A DNA stretch of 63,971 bases, filler included, from an uncultured Methanosarcinales archaeon (GTDB lineage: Archaea; Nanobdellota; Nanobdellia; Woesearchaeales; CAZKBD01), in NCBI GenBank assembly GCA_964550945.1. It is 5 parts of 5 records of this genome, joined end to end, with 100 filler letters (N's around TTAATTAATTAA, not from the genome) between each part and the next. Parts side by side here need not be neighbours in the genome. Positions count along the whole stretch, not along the records: positions 16,835 to 31,964 come from CAZKBD010000039.1; 4 more parts are not named here. One strand, written 5' to 3'. Within the stretch, counting starts at the first letter, position 1. The number at the start of each line of letters is the position of its first letter. Positions 18,991 through 29,525 of this stretch are shown here, one piece after another. The notes beneath the pieces were generated by a model. That model worked only from the letters and a program-made list of their open reading frames with translations, did not search any database and had not been told where the DNA came from. The position numbers and the translations under genes were made by a program.

Positions 18991-19301
18991 ACAGCTGATA
19001 GAATTACAATCATATTTAAATAGTTATAGGAAAGATTTTAGGTTGAAATAGTTCTCAAATCTCTTTTGAAGAAAGACATAGTTATCAAAGTGATTGCCCA
19101 CAACCAATAAAATCTTTGAATGCATCCTTGAATGCATTTCTATTTGTCTTATCCTTAGTTTCATTTCTATGCGAGGCAGGCAAAAGACTAATGATGATAG
19201 TGCCTGCCTCATCACCTCTTTTTCCCAGTAATGAGGATTGTGAGGCTCCCTGTCTTTTAATGTAGGGGGTGGTTTTTAGAACTAGGCCAAAACAGGGAGC
19301 G

Positions 19302-19718
19302 TTAAGCATTTTTTTTGAGCTGGAATGGTGGTTTTCTCAGTTCTTTTAACCACATTAGGCCAATTCTTATCATCTCTTTGTTGAGTTTGTCTGACAAGCT
19401 GTATGTCTTTTTGTAAAGGTCATAATCAATTATCCCCATGCTTTTCATAGGCGTTAATATTCTATCATAAAATTGCCGTTTGTTATAGCTGATTTTTACT
19501 TTCTTTCCTTTGTAAGGCTCTTCTTCCAATTTGTCTGTGATCAGATTGCCCTCATGAAGCTTTGTAGCAAAAAACGACATCTCAGTTTTGGTTATTTCGC
19601 TGCCTTTTTCCTTAAACATATGGACAAGCAGCTTTGCGACTATAACTTGTTGCTTTGTAGCGAATATCACTTCAAATACGTCTTCTGAAAGGTTAAATCT
19701 ATCAAATAAGATAACCAT
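19302..19718 (-). CDS. Hypothetical protein (138 aa)
   Basis: Clean ORF with TATA-like TTTATATA about 20-30 nt upstream; possible winged helix. Confidence 0.65.
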   Translation of the reverse strand: MVILFDRFNLSEDVFEVIFATKQQVIVAKLLVHMFKEKGSEITKTEMSFFATKLHEGNLITDKLEEEPYKGKKVKISYNKRQFYDRILTPMKSMGIIDYDLYKKTYSLSDKLNKEMIRIGLMWLKELRKPPFQLKKNA

Positions 19719-19782
19719 ACGCTATACAATATTAGACTAGTATATAAATGTTTCGTTTTGTATACCTTTTCGTATACTAGAA

Positions 19783-19926
19783 CTAGGGCTTTTTAACAAT
19801 ATTTGAGCCAATTATGTAAGATTTCCCGCAATAAACGCATCTTTTTCGTTTTTTGGCCATGATTAAGCTTTTGCTCTGATAATTCATATCATTCTTGCAG
19901 TTAGGGCATCTCAACAGAAATATCAT
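19783..19926 (-). CDS. Small zinc-ribbon protein (47 aa)
   Basis: MIFLLRCPNC...KRCVYCGKS; ATGA overlap with scpB stop; absent from ORF track. Confidence 0.7.
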   Translation of the reverse strand: MIFLLRCPNCKNDMNYQSKSLIMAKKRKRCVYCGKSYIIGSNIVKKP

Positions 19927-21023
19927 TTTTCTTCATTATTCTCCTTATTGCTTTCTCCTAAATCTTCAAGAAGGTCTTTTGGCTCATCAGATTTATCAGA
20001 TTTTTTTTGCGTTGGCTTCTCCAAACCAAGAGTATCTTTGGATTCTTTTTGCTCCGCAGATATTTCTAAGCCCAAGCCTTCTGTTGGCTCTGGTAATTTT
20101 TTGTCAAAATCCTCTTTTTTGGGATGTAATATCTCTTCTACCCTTGTATCTATCTCTCTTTCCAATTCTTTTTCTAATTCTGTTTCTTCATCAGGTTTAG
20201 CGGCTTTATCAAAAGAGTTTGGATCTGGCTGCGCTGTTTCTTCAATAATTTCAGGTTCTTGCTCAGCTTCCTCGCTTTGCTCATCAACTATCTCTAATTC
20301 CCCTAATTTGTCTGTTATTGGCGTAATTTCTTCCTTAGGTTCTTGTATTCCGTAAACTTTAAGCTGTTTTTTGCGGCCTTTTTTATCAATCAAATCTACT
20401 TCTGTCTGGCTTTTTAATTCTCCTGCCTTTTGCTTTTGCTCTTCCTTTATATGCTCTATCTCTTCTTCTTTTTTTTCTATTGCTCTGGCCAGGCCTCCAA
20501 AATCCTTAAATGCCTCTTTTAATTTTTCTTCCGGAAGATCAAAATATTCAAAGAATTTTTGTGTTAACTTGATCAGCCTTGTTCTTCCGTGCTTTTGCCT
20601 TAATATATAGCCCAACTCTTCCAGATTGCTCATATGATCATAAGCCTTGTTTGTCCTTATTTTTATTACATCAGACTGCAATACAGGATACTTAAATGCG
20701 ATAACAGCTAAAGTCTCTAAAGTCCCTTTATCCAGCTCTGTTTTTGTGATAATTTTTCTGACTAATGGCAGAAATTCCTCTTTAACAGTTATCTTCCAGA
20801 ACTCCCCTTCCTCAACCACCATAAGGCTTGATTCATTCTCTTTGTAATGGTCTTTTAATTCCTTGAGTACTTCTTTTACTTCATCTGTATTTGATTTGCA
20901 GAGGTTTGCAATCTCCTCTTTATTCATTCTCCTTCCTGAAGAAAACAATAATGACTCGACTTTATTTTTTAAGCTCGTAAATTTCACCTTCTTTTTTGAT
21001 TTGGCCTTCTTTTTCCATTTCAT
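19923..21023 (-). CDS. scpB: SMC-Scp complex subunit ScpB with acidic tail
   Basis: VESLLFSSG, LETLAVIAFKYP, T.KFFEYFDL; exact start uncertain. Confidence 0.85.
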   Translation of the reverse strand: MKWKKKAKSKKKVKFTSLKNKVESLLFSSGRRMNKEEIANLCKSNTDEVKEVLKELKDHYKENESSLMVVEEGEFWKITVKEEFLPLVRKIITKTELDKGTLETLAVIAFKYPVLQSDVIKIRTNKAYDHMSNLEELGYILRQKHGRTRLIKLTQKFFEYFDLPEEKLKEAFKDFGGLARAIEKKEEEIEHIKEEQKQKAGELKSQTEVDLIDKKGRKKQLKVYGIQEPKEEITPITDKLGELEIVDEQSEEAEQEPEIIEETAQPDPNSFDKAAKPDEETELEKELEREIDTRVEEILHPKKEDFDKKLPEPTEGLGLEISAEQKESKDTLGLEKPTQKKSDKSDEPKDLLEDLGESNKENNEEK

Positions 21024-21534
21024 CCAAGAAATGCCCTATTTCCTTGATGTCTATTCCAGTAAATTTGGATATCTGTTCTTTACTCAGCTTGTTCATCTTT
21101 AATAGCACTAAAATTGAATTTTGCAATGAAATTTTAAGGTTTCTTTTTAAGAATTTATTCTCCATAGCCAGCTCTTTTGTTGACATATCCACGTTATGAA
21201 GCCTCGCCTGCAGGTCATTAGTTATGTCCGCCAGCTCAATATTTGTCAGAGTAAGTTTTTCCGGCTTCATTATCTCGACAGATGATGGCATATAATCAAA
21301 ACAAAAGCCGATTAATGAAGGGAGGCTTTTGAATACAAGCTCAAGCTCAGTGAAAGAAGACCAAACCTCATTTTCCTGCTGTTTTGCTTCTGCAATTTCT
21401 GTATTCAACACCATGAAATTTCCATTCTGCTTGATATTCTCAATGTACTCTCTTAAGGTCTTTTCAATATGCTCTCTCGGCTTTCCCAGTATTTCAATTA
21501 TCACTCTAGTGCGAATGTATTGCTTTTCTTCCAT
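20962..21534 (-). CDS. Hypothetical protein with C-terminal HTH-like segment
   Basis: 190-aa ORF co-oriented with scpB; IIEILGKP, CFDYMPSSVEI. Confidence 0.7.
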   Translation of the reverse strand: MEEKQYIRTRVIIEILGKPREHIEKTLREYIENIKQNGNFMVLNTEIAEAKQQENEVWSSFTELELVFKSLPSLIGFCFDYMPSSVEIMKPEKLTLTNIELADITNDLQARLHNVDMSTKELAMENKFLKRNLKISLQNSILVLLKMNKLSKEQISKFTGIDIKEIGHFLDEMEKEGQIKKEGEIYELKK

Positions 21535-21629
21535 AAGTTACAAATAAGAGTGGTTAATTTAAAAAGTTTTTGAAAGCCAATGCCCTAAAAGCACATATTT
21601 TAAATAATAGATTGGATTTTAGTGTTCTT

Positions 21630-22733
21630 ATGTCATTAACAACAAAACAGAAATTAGAGTTAAAGAAATTCATCAAGGAGCTGGAAAAACATCATGGCAG
21701 GCACACAGAGTTAGTTAGTGTGTACATCCCTCAAGGGTATGATATCAATAAAATAATTAACCATCTGAACCAGGAAAAAGGGACTGCTACTAATATAAAG
21801 TCATCTTCAACAAGGAATAATGTTATTGATGCTTTGGAAAGGATGACTCAGCACCTAAGGCTGTTTAAGAAGACTCCAGAGCATGGGCTTGCTGCGTTTT
21901 CCGGAAATGTTGCAGAAAGAGAAGGCCAGCAGGATTTTCAGGTTTGGAGCATTGAGCCTCCAATACCCCTGAATACAAGAATTTACAGATGCGACAAAGA
22001 GTTTCAGCTCGATTTGATAAGAGATATGCTTGAGATCAAAGAGATTTATGGCCTCATTGTTGTTGACAGGAGAGATGCAAATATAGCGTTATTAAAAGGG
22101 AAAACAATAGTCCCATTATTAAAAACCCATTCTCATGTGCCTGGGAAGTATAAGGCAGGCGGACAGAGCGCAGCCAGATTTGCCCGCCTAAGGGAAGGCG
22201 CGATAAAAGAGCACTTCAAAAAAGTTGCTGAATACATAAAAGAGCAATTCTTGACTATGGAAAATTTAAAGGGTATTCTAGTTGGCGGCCCTGGCCCTTC
22301 CAAATATGATTTTGTCGAAGGAGGTTATATAACCAATGAAGTCAAAAAAAAGATTTTGGCAATAAAAGATCTGGGTTATACTGGTGAGTTTGGATTGGAA
22401 GAATTAGTGGACAAAAGCCAGGATGTCTTGGCAAAAGAAGAGATCGCTGATGAGAAAAAAAGTATGGTGCAATTTTTTGAGTTATTGGCAAAAAAGCCAA
22501 ACATGGCCAGTTATGGCGAAGCTGAAGTGATGAAAAATCTCAAGATGGGCGTTGTTGATATTCTGCTGATCTCAGAAGATCTTGATGAAAAAAAGATTGA
22601 AGAGTTTGAGAAAGCGGCTAACTTGGTCTCGTCAGAAGTTAAGATCATAAGCACTGAAACTCGTGAAGGGGTTCAATTAAGGGATATTGGCAAAGTGGCA
22701 GCAATACTAAGATACGAAGTTCATGTTTCATAA
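21630..22733 (+). CDS. prf1: Peptide chain release factor aRF1
   Basis: NIKS, YRCD, GGQSA motifs; start reassigned to ATG 21630. Confidence 0.96.
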   Translation: MSLTTKQKLELKKFIKELEKHHGRHTELVSVYIPQGYDINKIINHLNQEKGTATNIKSSSTRNNVIDALERMTQHLRLFKKTPEHGLAAFSGNVAEREGQQDFQVWSIEPPIPLNTRIYRCDKEFQLDLIRDMLEIKEIYGLIVVDRRDANIALLKGKTIVPLLKTHSHVPGKYKAGGQSAARFARLREGAIKEHFKKVAEYIKEQFLTMENLKGILVGGPGPSKYDFVEGGYITNEVKKKILAIKDLGYTGEFGLEELVDKSQDVLAKEEIADEKKSMVQFFELLAKKPNMASYGEAEVMKNLKMGVVDILLISEDLDEKKIEEFEKAANLVSSEVKIISTETREGVQLRDIGKVAAILRYEVHVS

Positions 22734-22765
22734 GATTTTTAAGCTAAGGCTTTTTTCTTTAGGCT

Positions 22766-23620
22766 ATGAATATCAAAAACCATTTTAAGACAGTAATTTT
22801 GCTTGGCGCTTTAACAGGCGTTTTATTGTTTGTGGGCTCATTTTGGGGCAAGTCAGGTTTAACGATAGCGTTTGCGTTAGCAATTTTAATGAATTTTGGC
22901 TCATATTGGTTCTCTGATAAAATTGTGCTGGCAATTTACAGGGCAAAGCAAGTTACAGAAAAAGAAGCTCCTGAATTGTATTCTATAGTTAAAGAGGTTA
23001 GCAAGCTAGCAGGCATTCCTATGCCTAAAGTGTATATTGTGCCAAACCAGATTTCAAATGCTTTTGCAACAGGAAGGTCGCCTAAACACGCTGCTGTTGC
23101 CTGCACTCAGGGGATTCTGGATTTATTGGACAAAGAAGAGCTAAAAGGGGTTATTGCTCATGAGATCAGCCACATAAAGAATAGGGACACATTAATCCAA
23201 TCAATCTCAGCAACAATTGCAGGAGTGATCTCTTATGTGGCTATGATAGCGAGATTTGGCGCTTTGTTTGGCGGCAGCAGAGATGAAAGAGATGGCGGGT
23301 CTGGACTAGAGTTCCTTGTTTTAGCTATTTTAACTCCAATATTAGCTACATTGATACAGCTCGCAATTTCAAGAAGCAGAGAGTATTTAGCAGACGAAAG
23401 TGCAGCTAAAACCCTAAAATCCGGATCAAGCCTGGCATCTGCTTTGGAAAAGCTTGAAACAGGAGTTAAAGACAAGCCAATGGCAGCAACAGGCATCACA
23501 GAAACAACAGCCCATATGATGATTATTAATCCGTTTAGTGGATCGGGATTAGTTAAATTATTCTCAACACATCCTCCTGTTAAAGAAAGAGTGAAGAGAT
23601 TGAGAAGTAAAGGCGTTTAG
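22766..23620 (+). CDS. htpX: Zn metalloprotease HtpX
   Basis: NAFATGR, HEISH, SRSREYLAD, FSTHPP. Confidence 0.95.
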   Translation: MNIKNHFKTVILLGALTGVLLFVGSFWGKSGLTIAFALAILMNFGSYWFSDKIVLAIYRAKQVTEKEAPELYSIVKEVSKLAGIPMPKVYIVPNQISNAFATGRSPKHAAVACTQGILDLLDKEELKGVIAHEISHIKNRDTLIQSISATIAGVISYVAMIARFGALFGGSRDERDGGSGLEFLVLAILTPILATLIQLAISRSREYLADESAAKTLKSGSSLASALEKLETGVKDKPMAATGITETTAHMMIINPFSGSGLVKLFSTHPPVKERVKRLRSKGV

Positions 23621-25843
23621 TTTTCTTTATTATACTCTTTATCAACAGCTTCTTTTATCTTTTTTGCGATTATATCCCCTAATTTTTCAACTTCTTTTAA
23701 TTGCGATTCATCTGCATTGATAATCGACTTAACAGTATTGAATTTTTTAAGCAACTCTTTTGCAAGTGATGGTCCAACAGAAGGCAAAGAAGATATGATG
23801 TATTCCTGCTGATCTTTTAAGCTCATCACCCTTTTGTCAGCATGCATAGAAAAATCTTTGCTTGTTTCTTCCTGCTCGCGCTTTGCAATTAAGTAAAGTA
23901 AACTGGATGTTTCTTTAGTATTTTTTGTGTAGATAATGGGTATGCCGTAGCTTACTGCAATAGTAGCTAGCATTCCTCTGATTGCGTTTGGATGGATGTT
24001 TCTCACAGAGTATATGTCGTGCTCCCCTTCGACTATCACAAGGGGCCTTTCAAAATCCTGCCTTAGCCTTTTTATCTGCTCAAGCAGCCTGCCGTCAATA
24101 ATGGAGTTTACAAAATCTTCAGTTGTCTTAAATTCAACGCCGCATCTTGAGCTTAGCAGATAATCTGCATTTTCTAATTTTTCCAATGCGATATTTGCCC
24201 CAAGCTCAATTAATTCCTTGATGACGCCAGAGCCTTTTTCTCTGTAATCCACAAATAGTTTTACTTTCTCGCTGTCTGGAACAAATTTGTCTANNNNNNN
24301 NNNTTTCTTTTTTAGTGTAGAAAACAGAGCCGAGTTTGCTCTTCAAGTTTGAAAGATTCCTGTGCATCTTTTTTTCTTTATGATGGGCGCTCCATCTATA
24401 GCCAACATCTCTTGTATCCTGGGTCATGAGGATTATAACCCGGCCTTTTTCCTGCCTTCCAGTTCTGCCTCTTCTTTGTATATGCCTTATTGCAGAAGGT
24501 ATTGGCTCGTAAAATATCACCAAATCAACTTTTGGCACATCCAGGCCTTCCTCGCCAATTGAAGTGGCCACCAGAACATTGAAATTGCCTTCCCGGAAGT
24601 TATCGAGCATTGCTTTCTGCTCTTTTTGGCTTAAGCCTGTTTCGCCTTTTTTCGTCTGGCCAACAAATATCTCTGCTCTAACATCAGGAATATTGTTTAA
24701 TTTGTTTTTTATATCCAAAGCATTATCTCTGTACTGGTTAAAAACCATTATTTTGACATCTTTATTTTTCTTAATTTCTTCGTCAATAATCTTTTGAAGC
24801 TCAATTAATTTTGGGTGCTCTATTTTGTCATTCCAAAGTTTTTCTGTTTTTATTAATGCGCTCCTGAAATTGAGGTCCTTTACAATATTCTTGACTGCCT
24901 TGACTTTAGTTGAATATCCTTCTGTGTTTAATTTTCCAAGATAATTGTGCAGAGGGATAACGCCTTGTGTTTCCAATAGCTCTAAAGCGTGATAGACTTT
25001 CATTAGCTCTGCCAATACTGAAATAGCGTTCCATAAAACAAAGTCTTTCTCGCCAGAAGCTGCTCTGCCCCTTAATTGAGCTTGAAGCCCTAGCAGATCT
25101 TTTTTACTGACAAAGTTTATATCGGCTCTGTGCAGGATGCCCCATGTTTTTAATTTTTGAAGCCTCTCTTTCAGAAAATCTTTGAGATATTTTTGTATTT
25201 CAACAAAAATTGGGGGCAGCTCAACTTTTACCCATTCCACCTTAATTTCTTGTATGTATGGCTTAACATCAGGATCTTCATCAGTTCTTACCTCAATATC
25301 CTCTATATAGAGGTTTTTGCATACTTCAGCTATTTTCTCCATATCAGAGCCTGGAGAAGCCGTTAATGCAAGAATTCTTGGGTGTTGTGATTTTTTATTG
25401 TATTGCTTAGCCACAAAAACATATGCATAATCTCCAACAGCCCTGTGCGCTTCATCAACACCCAGCAAAGAAACTTCCTCCAAATTGATTCTGCTGGAGA
25501 TGATATCATTTTCAAGGCCTTGAGGTGTGCTGAATATTATTGTTGCTGTTTTCCATAATTCTGCTCTTTTTTCGGGCTTTACGTGGCCTGTGAATACAGC
25601 CATTTTGTCTTCAGAGATATCAAAATGTTTCTTGAATACCTCTAGGTATTGGTCTATTAATGGCTTGGTTGGACCAATAAAAAGCACTTTAGAATTAGGG
25701 TATTGTTGCAGGCGATGGGCTGTTAGCATAAGAAATATGTTTGTTTTCCCCATTCCGGTTGGCAGCACGACCAGGGTGTTTTTTAAAGCGGCAGTTGCGA
25801 GAATTGTTTCCTGGTAAAGCCTTGGAGTGAAGTTCTTAATCAT
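23617..25843 (-). CDS. hef: Hef/FANCM-like DEAH helicase-ERCC4 nuclease (single gene split by a 10-N gap at 24294-24303)
   Basis: PTGMGKT, DEAH, QRRGRTGR helicase motifs; ERCC4-like DY..EFK and HhH C-terminus in 23617..24252. Confidence 0.9.
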
Positions 25844-25902
25844 TAATTGAAGTAATGTATTTTGGTTTAAATAGCTTGCGTGTCCATGTCCAGTGTCCAA
25901 TG

Positions 25903-26475
25903 CTAGTAATCATGCCCGGGAGCTAGTGTCTTATAGTTGATTTTCTTTAGTTTATCCAGGCTTTTTTCCATCTCTTCTGGAACAGAATTAGGAAGATCAT
26001 ACCTTCCGATGCCATTTTCAAACAAACAATCTCCTGAGAAAAGTATTTTTTCTTTTTTATAAAACAAAGCAATGCTGCCAGCAGTGTGCCCAGGCACAGG
26101 AATAACATCTATATTGTTTTTCACCAAAAAATCCTTGATATGCTCAATATCTTTCAATCTCTTCCTTAACTGCAAGATTATCTTTGGATTTAAATTAAAA
26201 GCAACTATTGGATTTTTTTTAAAATCCTCAATCTCTCGTTTAGATGCAAATATTTCTGCATTAGGAAATAGATCAATATTGCCTGCATGGTCATAATGGA
26301 TATGGGTCAAAATCACTTTTTTGATCTCATCTAGGTTAGTTACCTTTGTTAGTTCTGCCTTAAGCTCTTCATGGTATGCTCTTGGCCCAGCATCTATGAT
26401 TATCTTCTCCTTCAGGCCAATCAAGTAAACATTGCTGTCAAAACTCAATTTCCAAACATCAGAACTAAGCTTCAT
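25903..26475 (-). CDS. Metallo-beta-lactamase fold hydrolase
   Basis: THIHYDH, PGHT, FSGD, PGH; start reassigned to ATG 26475. Confidence 0.9.
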   Translation of the reverse strand: MKLSSDVWKLSFDSNVYLIGLKEKIIIDAGPRAYHEELKAELTKVTNLDEIKKVILTHIHYDHAGNIDLFPNAEIFASKREIEDFKKNPIVAFNLNPKIILQLRKRLKDIEHIKDFLVKNNIDVIPVPGHTAGSIALFYKKEKILFSGDCLFENGIGRYDLPNSVPEEMEKSLDKLKKINYKTLAPGHDY

Positions 26476-26476
26476 A

Positions 26477-26803
26477 CTAATACCTAATATCCTTAATGAT
26501 TCTTTTGTTATGCAGATAATAGCTAAGAACTGTACCAAAAATAAATAGTATGATCATCATTTTCCTGTCGCCAAAGCGTGAACCAATCATATATCCAATT
26601 AAAAACCCGATTATGATCAGATAATAAGGGAATTGCAGTTTATTTTTACGCTCATATATCAATCTTCCAGACATGGCGCCGCATAAAAATATTGTAGAAT
26701 AAACTATGACTTTGCTGTCAAGGGTCACAGAAACCAAAAAACCAATAACTATTAAGATAAAAAACCAGATTTCTGCCCAGTTTTCAAGGTAGCCTTTTGC
26801 CAT
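26477..26803 (-). CDS. Small membrane protein
   Basis: About four hydrophobic segments; in operon with neighbours. Confidence 0.7.
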   Translation of the reverse strand: MAKGYLENWAEIWFFILIVIGFLVSVTLDSKVIVYSTIFLCGAMSGRLIYERKNKLQFPYYLIIIGFLIGYMIGSRFGDRKMMIILFIFGTVLSYYLHNKRIIKDIRY

Positions 26804-26806
26804 TTT

Positions 26807-27604
26807 TTATTTCTCTTTTTGCGAAGAAGGGGGCATTTCTTTTGGATATGGGCCTTGCCACAGTTTTACTTCCAATAATACATAATACAACACCCAGCAT
26901 ACCAAAGCGATTAGCAAAGAACCAATTACAGCTAACCAGATGGGTATATCGATATATAACAGTATTGCTCCTGATATTATCGCGCTGAAAATGAAAGCGT
27001 AAACCATCCGTGAGCCAAAAAACATCTTGTTTCCATCTGCAGGAGGTATCGGCAAGATCATGTATACTGCAAAAAGCAAATTAAAGATTAAAGCCTTGTG
27101 GATTATTGGAGATGGAATCGCTATATAGATTATTTTTAGGAATATTGCAAACACAAGTGTCGCAACAGAGCCTAATGCAGCAATCAAGCCCAGGCCAAAA
27201 TAATCTAATCCGTATCTAAAGAATCCAAGCCTAAGCCCAGCTAGATGATGGATCATTATCCCTCCTGGAATCAAAAACCAGAAATAGCCTCTTGTGATAA
27301 TAGCAAGTACAATTGCTAATAACAAGCCCCATGTCCACATCTTGTATTCTGCCCTATAGCCTACACTTAAAGCAGCCACTCTATGAACAATGTGATGGAT
27401 GAAGAAAGATACTGTGACTATCAGTATAGCAATAATGAAATTAGTCAAGCCAATAACTGCATTTACTTCTTCACCATCACCCCATTCCCTGAAAGAAATA
27501 ACAAATGATATCACTAAAATGGATATAACAAAATTCCTAACTTCTAAAGGCGTTAATTTGCCATACTTCCTGATATTATAAATTAAGTCTATTACTTTGC
27601 CCAT
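26807..27604 (-). CDS. Site-2 protease (M50)-like membrane protein, degenerate active site
   Basis: HHIVH in place of HExxH; ILPIPPADG in place of NxxPxxxLDG; multiple TMs. Confidence 0.65.
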   Translation of the reverse strand: MGKVIDLIYNIRKYGKLTPLEVRNFVISILVISFVISFREWGDGEEVNAVIGLTNFIIAILIVTVSFFIHHIVHRVAALSVGYRAEYKMWTWGLLLAIVLAIITRGYFWFLIPGGIMIHHLAGLRLGFFRYGLDYFGLGLIAALGSVATLVFAIFLKIIYIAIPSPIIHKALIFNLLFAVYMILPIPPADGNKMFFGSRMVYAFIFSAIISGAILLYIDIPIWLAVIGSLLIALVCWVLYYVLLEVKLWQGPYPKEMPPSSQKEK

Positions 27605-27838
27605 AACCTAAAACTGTAGGGTAAAAGGTATATAAAATTTTGCTTTTTGAAGAAATGTAATCTACTCTTTAGAATCGATTCTCCATTAAATACTCGGATT
27701 GATTTTTATTATAAATGTTCTCTACCATTAATAACTAATGTGTGTAATCCATTTGTTGGGTATCCAAATTGGGTTTATCTGATGCACAAAATATACAATT
27801 GTTATTGCAGGTAAAATTCAGGTATAAATAAGCCCCCC

Positions 27839-29158
27839 TCATGGAGGTAACACCACCAACATGCCGTAATCCACAAAATTTGCCGCTTTAATGGCTTTTT
27901 CAAATTTATCTCTTTGTACGTGCACGTCGGGTCCGGCATTTTTTGGACCAACATTATGGTATAATACAGAATCTGTACCTAAGCCCGTTAACAAAGCGTG
28001 GTGCCCACGTAATTTACCGTCATTCTCACCATAGATAACTGTATTGTCTAATGCACAAATTATAACACAATCCCTATAATAAACATCTTCTAACTCCGCC
28101 AGAGTAGGCACCCTAGTTGAATATCTCCCCGAATTTAATACAGTTTGAATTGCTTTCTTTACGGCCTCTTTATTGGTGAAGTTACGGATTAGATGTGCAG
28201 ATTCTGGTCTCAATGCCTTGTAAAAATTATCCAAATCTTCGCTTTGCATAAACTGGTGTGCAAATCTTTCGTTTAAAAAATAAATAATATTAAATCCTTG
28301 ATCCAAAAAATATGCTGCAATCTGAACAAGATGAGTATATTGCGAGTTACGTCTATCAATGATCTCATCCAATCGTTCAAATGAGGGTTTCTCATGCCCG
28401 AAATATTCCATTGCAAGACGGATGCAACTTGGACCGCATCTCGATCCAGATGTAACTTCAAAAGGGAAAAAAGAGGGTGGGATGTTATTTACATGTGGTT
28501 GTTCGTCAATTGATCGCCAAGCTGAAAGACACGATTCGATTTTATTTTCAATATCTTCTGCGTTTCTAACAATATTTTGTGAATGATATTCTACCTCATC
28601 TTCATGCAATCCGGCTTTTTTGCATATATCAACCAATTTGCTAAAAGAGAGTTCTCCCGAAGACAATTTAGCTTTAACTCTAGCACAACTCTGTGATAAT
28701 GCCTCTATATCGGGTTTTTCACTCAGGAAACCGCTTAGTAGCCTCCATGTCAATTCGAGGCTATGATGTAGAAATCGTTTTTCATATCGATAAAAATGAC
28801 CGCTACCTTCAAAGTCAATTAGCTCTACTGCACCATTATCCACAAGAATATTTTGCCAATTGCCATCAATATCTGCAAGGATTAATTTAAGTAGGAGCCC
28901 ATTTATCCCATAGGGGGGTAAAGTTGGAGCGTTATCCTGAAATTTTAGTGTGGTTGCTTGGGGGTTGTATTTGCTAAGTTGATATTGCCTACCTTGATAA
29001 TCTGTCAAAGCAGGATAAGGAACACTAACCCCCCTTAATTTTAGTATTTCAGAAAGATAGAAAGCTATCTGTTCGTTTGCAAAAGGTATCCTTCTATAAG
29101 GTTTAGCTACCCAATCTTGTCTTCCCCATTTTAATATTGATATTAACCTTTTTCTCAT
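27839..29158 (-). CDS. Fusion: HipA/PI3K-like kinase domain + C39-like cysteine peptidase
   Basis: N-term WVAK, ANEQIAF.L..L..VP, DGNWQNILV, LIDFE; C-term CGPSCIRLAMEYFG and GHHALLTG..VLYHN. Confidence 0.6.
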   Translation of the reverse strand: MRKRLISILKWGRQDWVAKPYRRIPFANEQIAFYLSEILKLRGVSVPYPALTDYQGRQYQLSKYNPQATTLKFQDNAPTLPPYGINGLLLKLILADIDGNWQNILVDNGAVELIDFEGSGHFYRYEKRFLHHSLELTWRLLSGFLSEKPDIEALSQSCARVKAKLSSGELSFSKLVDICKKAGLHEDEVEYHSQNIVRNAEDIENKIESCLSAWRSIDEQPHVNNIPPSFFPFEVTSGSRCGPSCIRLAMEYFGHEKPSFERLDEIIDRRNSQYTHLVQIAAYFLDQGFNIIYFLNERFAHQFMQSEDLDNFYKALRPESAHLIRNFTNKEAVKKAIQTVLNSGRYSTRVPTLAELEDVYYRDCVIICALDNTVIYGENDGKLRGHHALLTGLGTDSVLYHNVGPKNAGPDVHVQRDKFEKAIKAANFVDYGMLVVLPP

Positions 29159-29227
29159 GAAAATCTCCCATATACTCCGGACCTTATGCTAGTTTTAGAA
29201 TTAACCACCACCCGAGTCAGACCTAGA

Positions 29228-29400
29228 CTATAGATAATCATTGTATGTAACTGTTTCATGATATTTTGTTTTGTTTCGCTCTAGTTATTATCTTATGTCC
29301 AACGAGTTTTGCCGTTATCGTACCTGAACTTAAACCTATGTTGGGGTTTTTCAATTACTCTTCTGAATTAGGGGTTTCCTATGTTTTGAGGATTTACTTC
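29228..29400 (-). pseudogene. Decayed paralog of the RiPP precursor
   Basis: Reads GNP*FRRVIEK..FKFRYDNGKTRWT*DNN*SETK/KYHETVTYNDYL*; two exact 17-bp matches to the precursor; 5' limit uncertain. Confidence 0.75.
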
Positions 29401-29525
29401 TACATCCATAGATTGCATAGGTTCATCAATGCAACCTTGTTGTTTATTCTTTCTGTCTTGTTTTAGTATCTTATTTAACGTTTAATACATTCATTCTTTA
29501 GTGATTAGACTACTAAAACTGGGTA

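Noticed and set aside
19024..19309. Two short overlapping minus-strand ORFs
   Set aside because: No recognisable motifs; the region is better explained by hairpins; cannot support either as a gene
24206..24303. Apparent frameshift splitting hef into two ORFs
   Set aside because: The break coincides with a 10-N scaffold gap of arbitrary length; not evidence for a pseudogene
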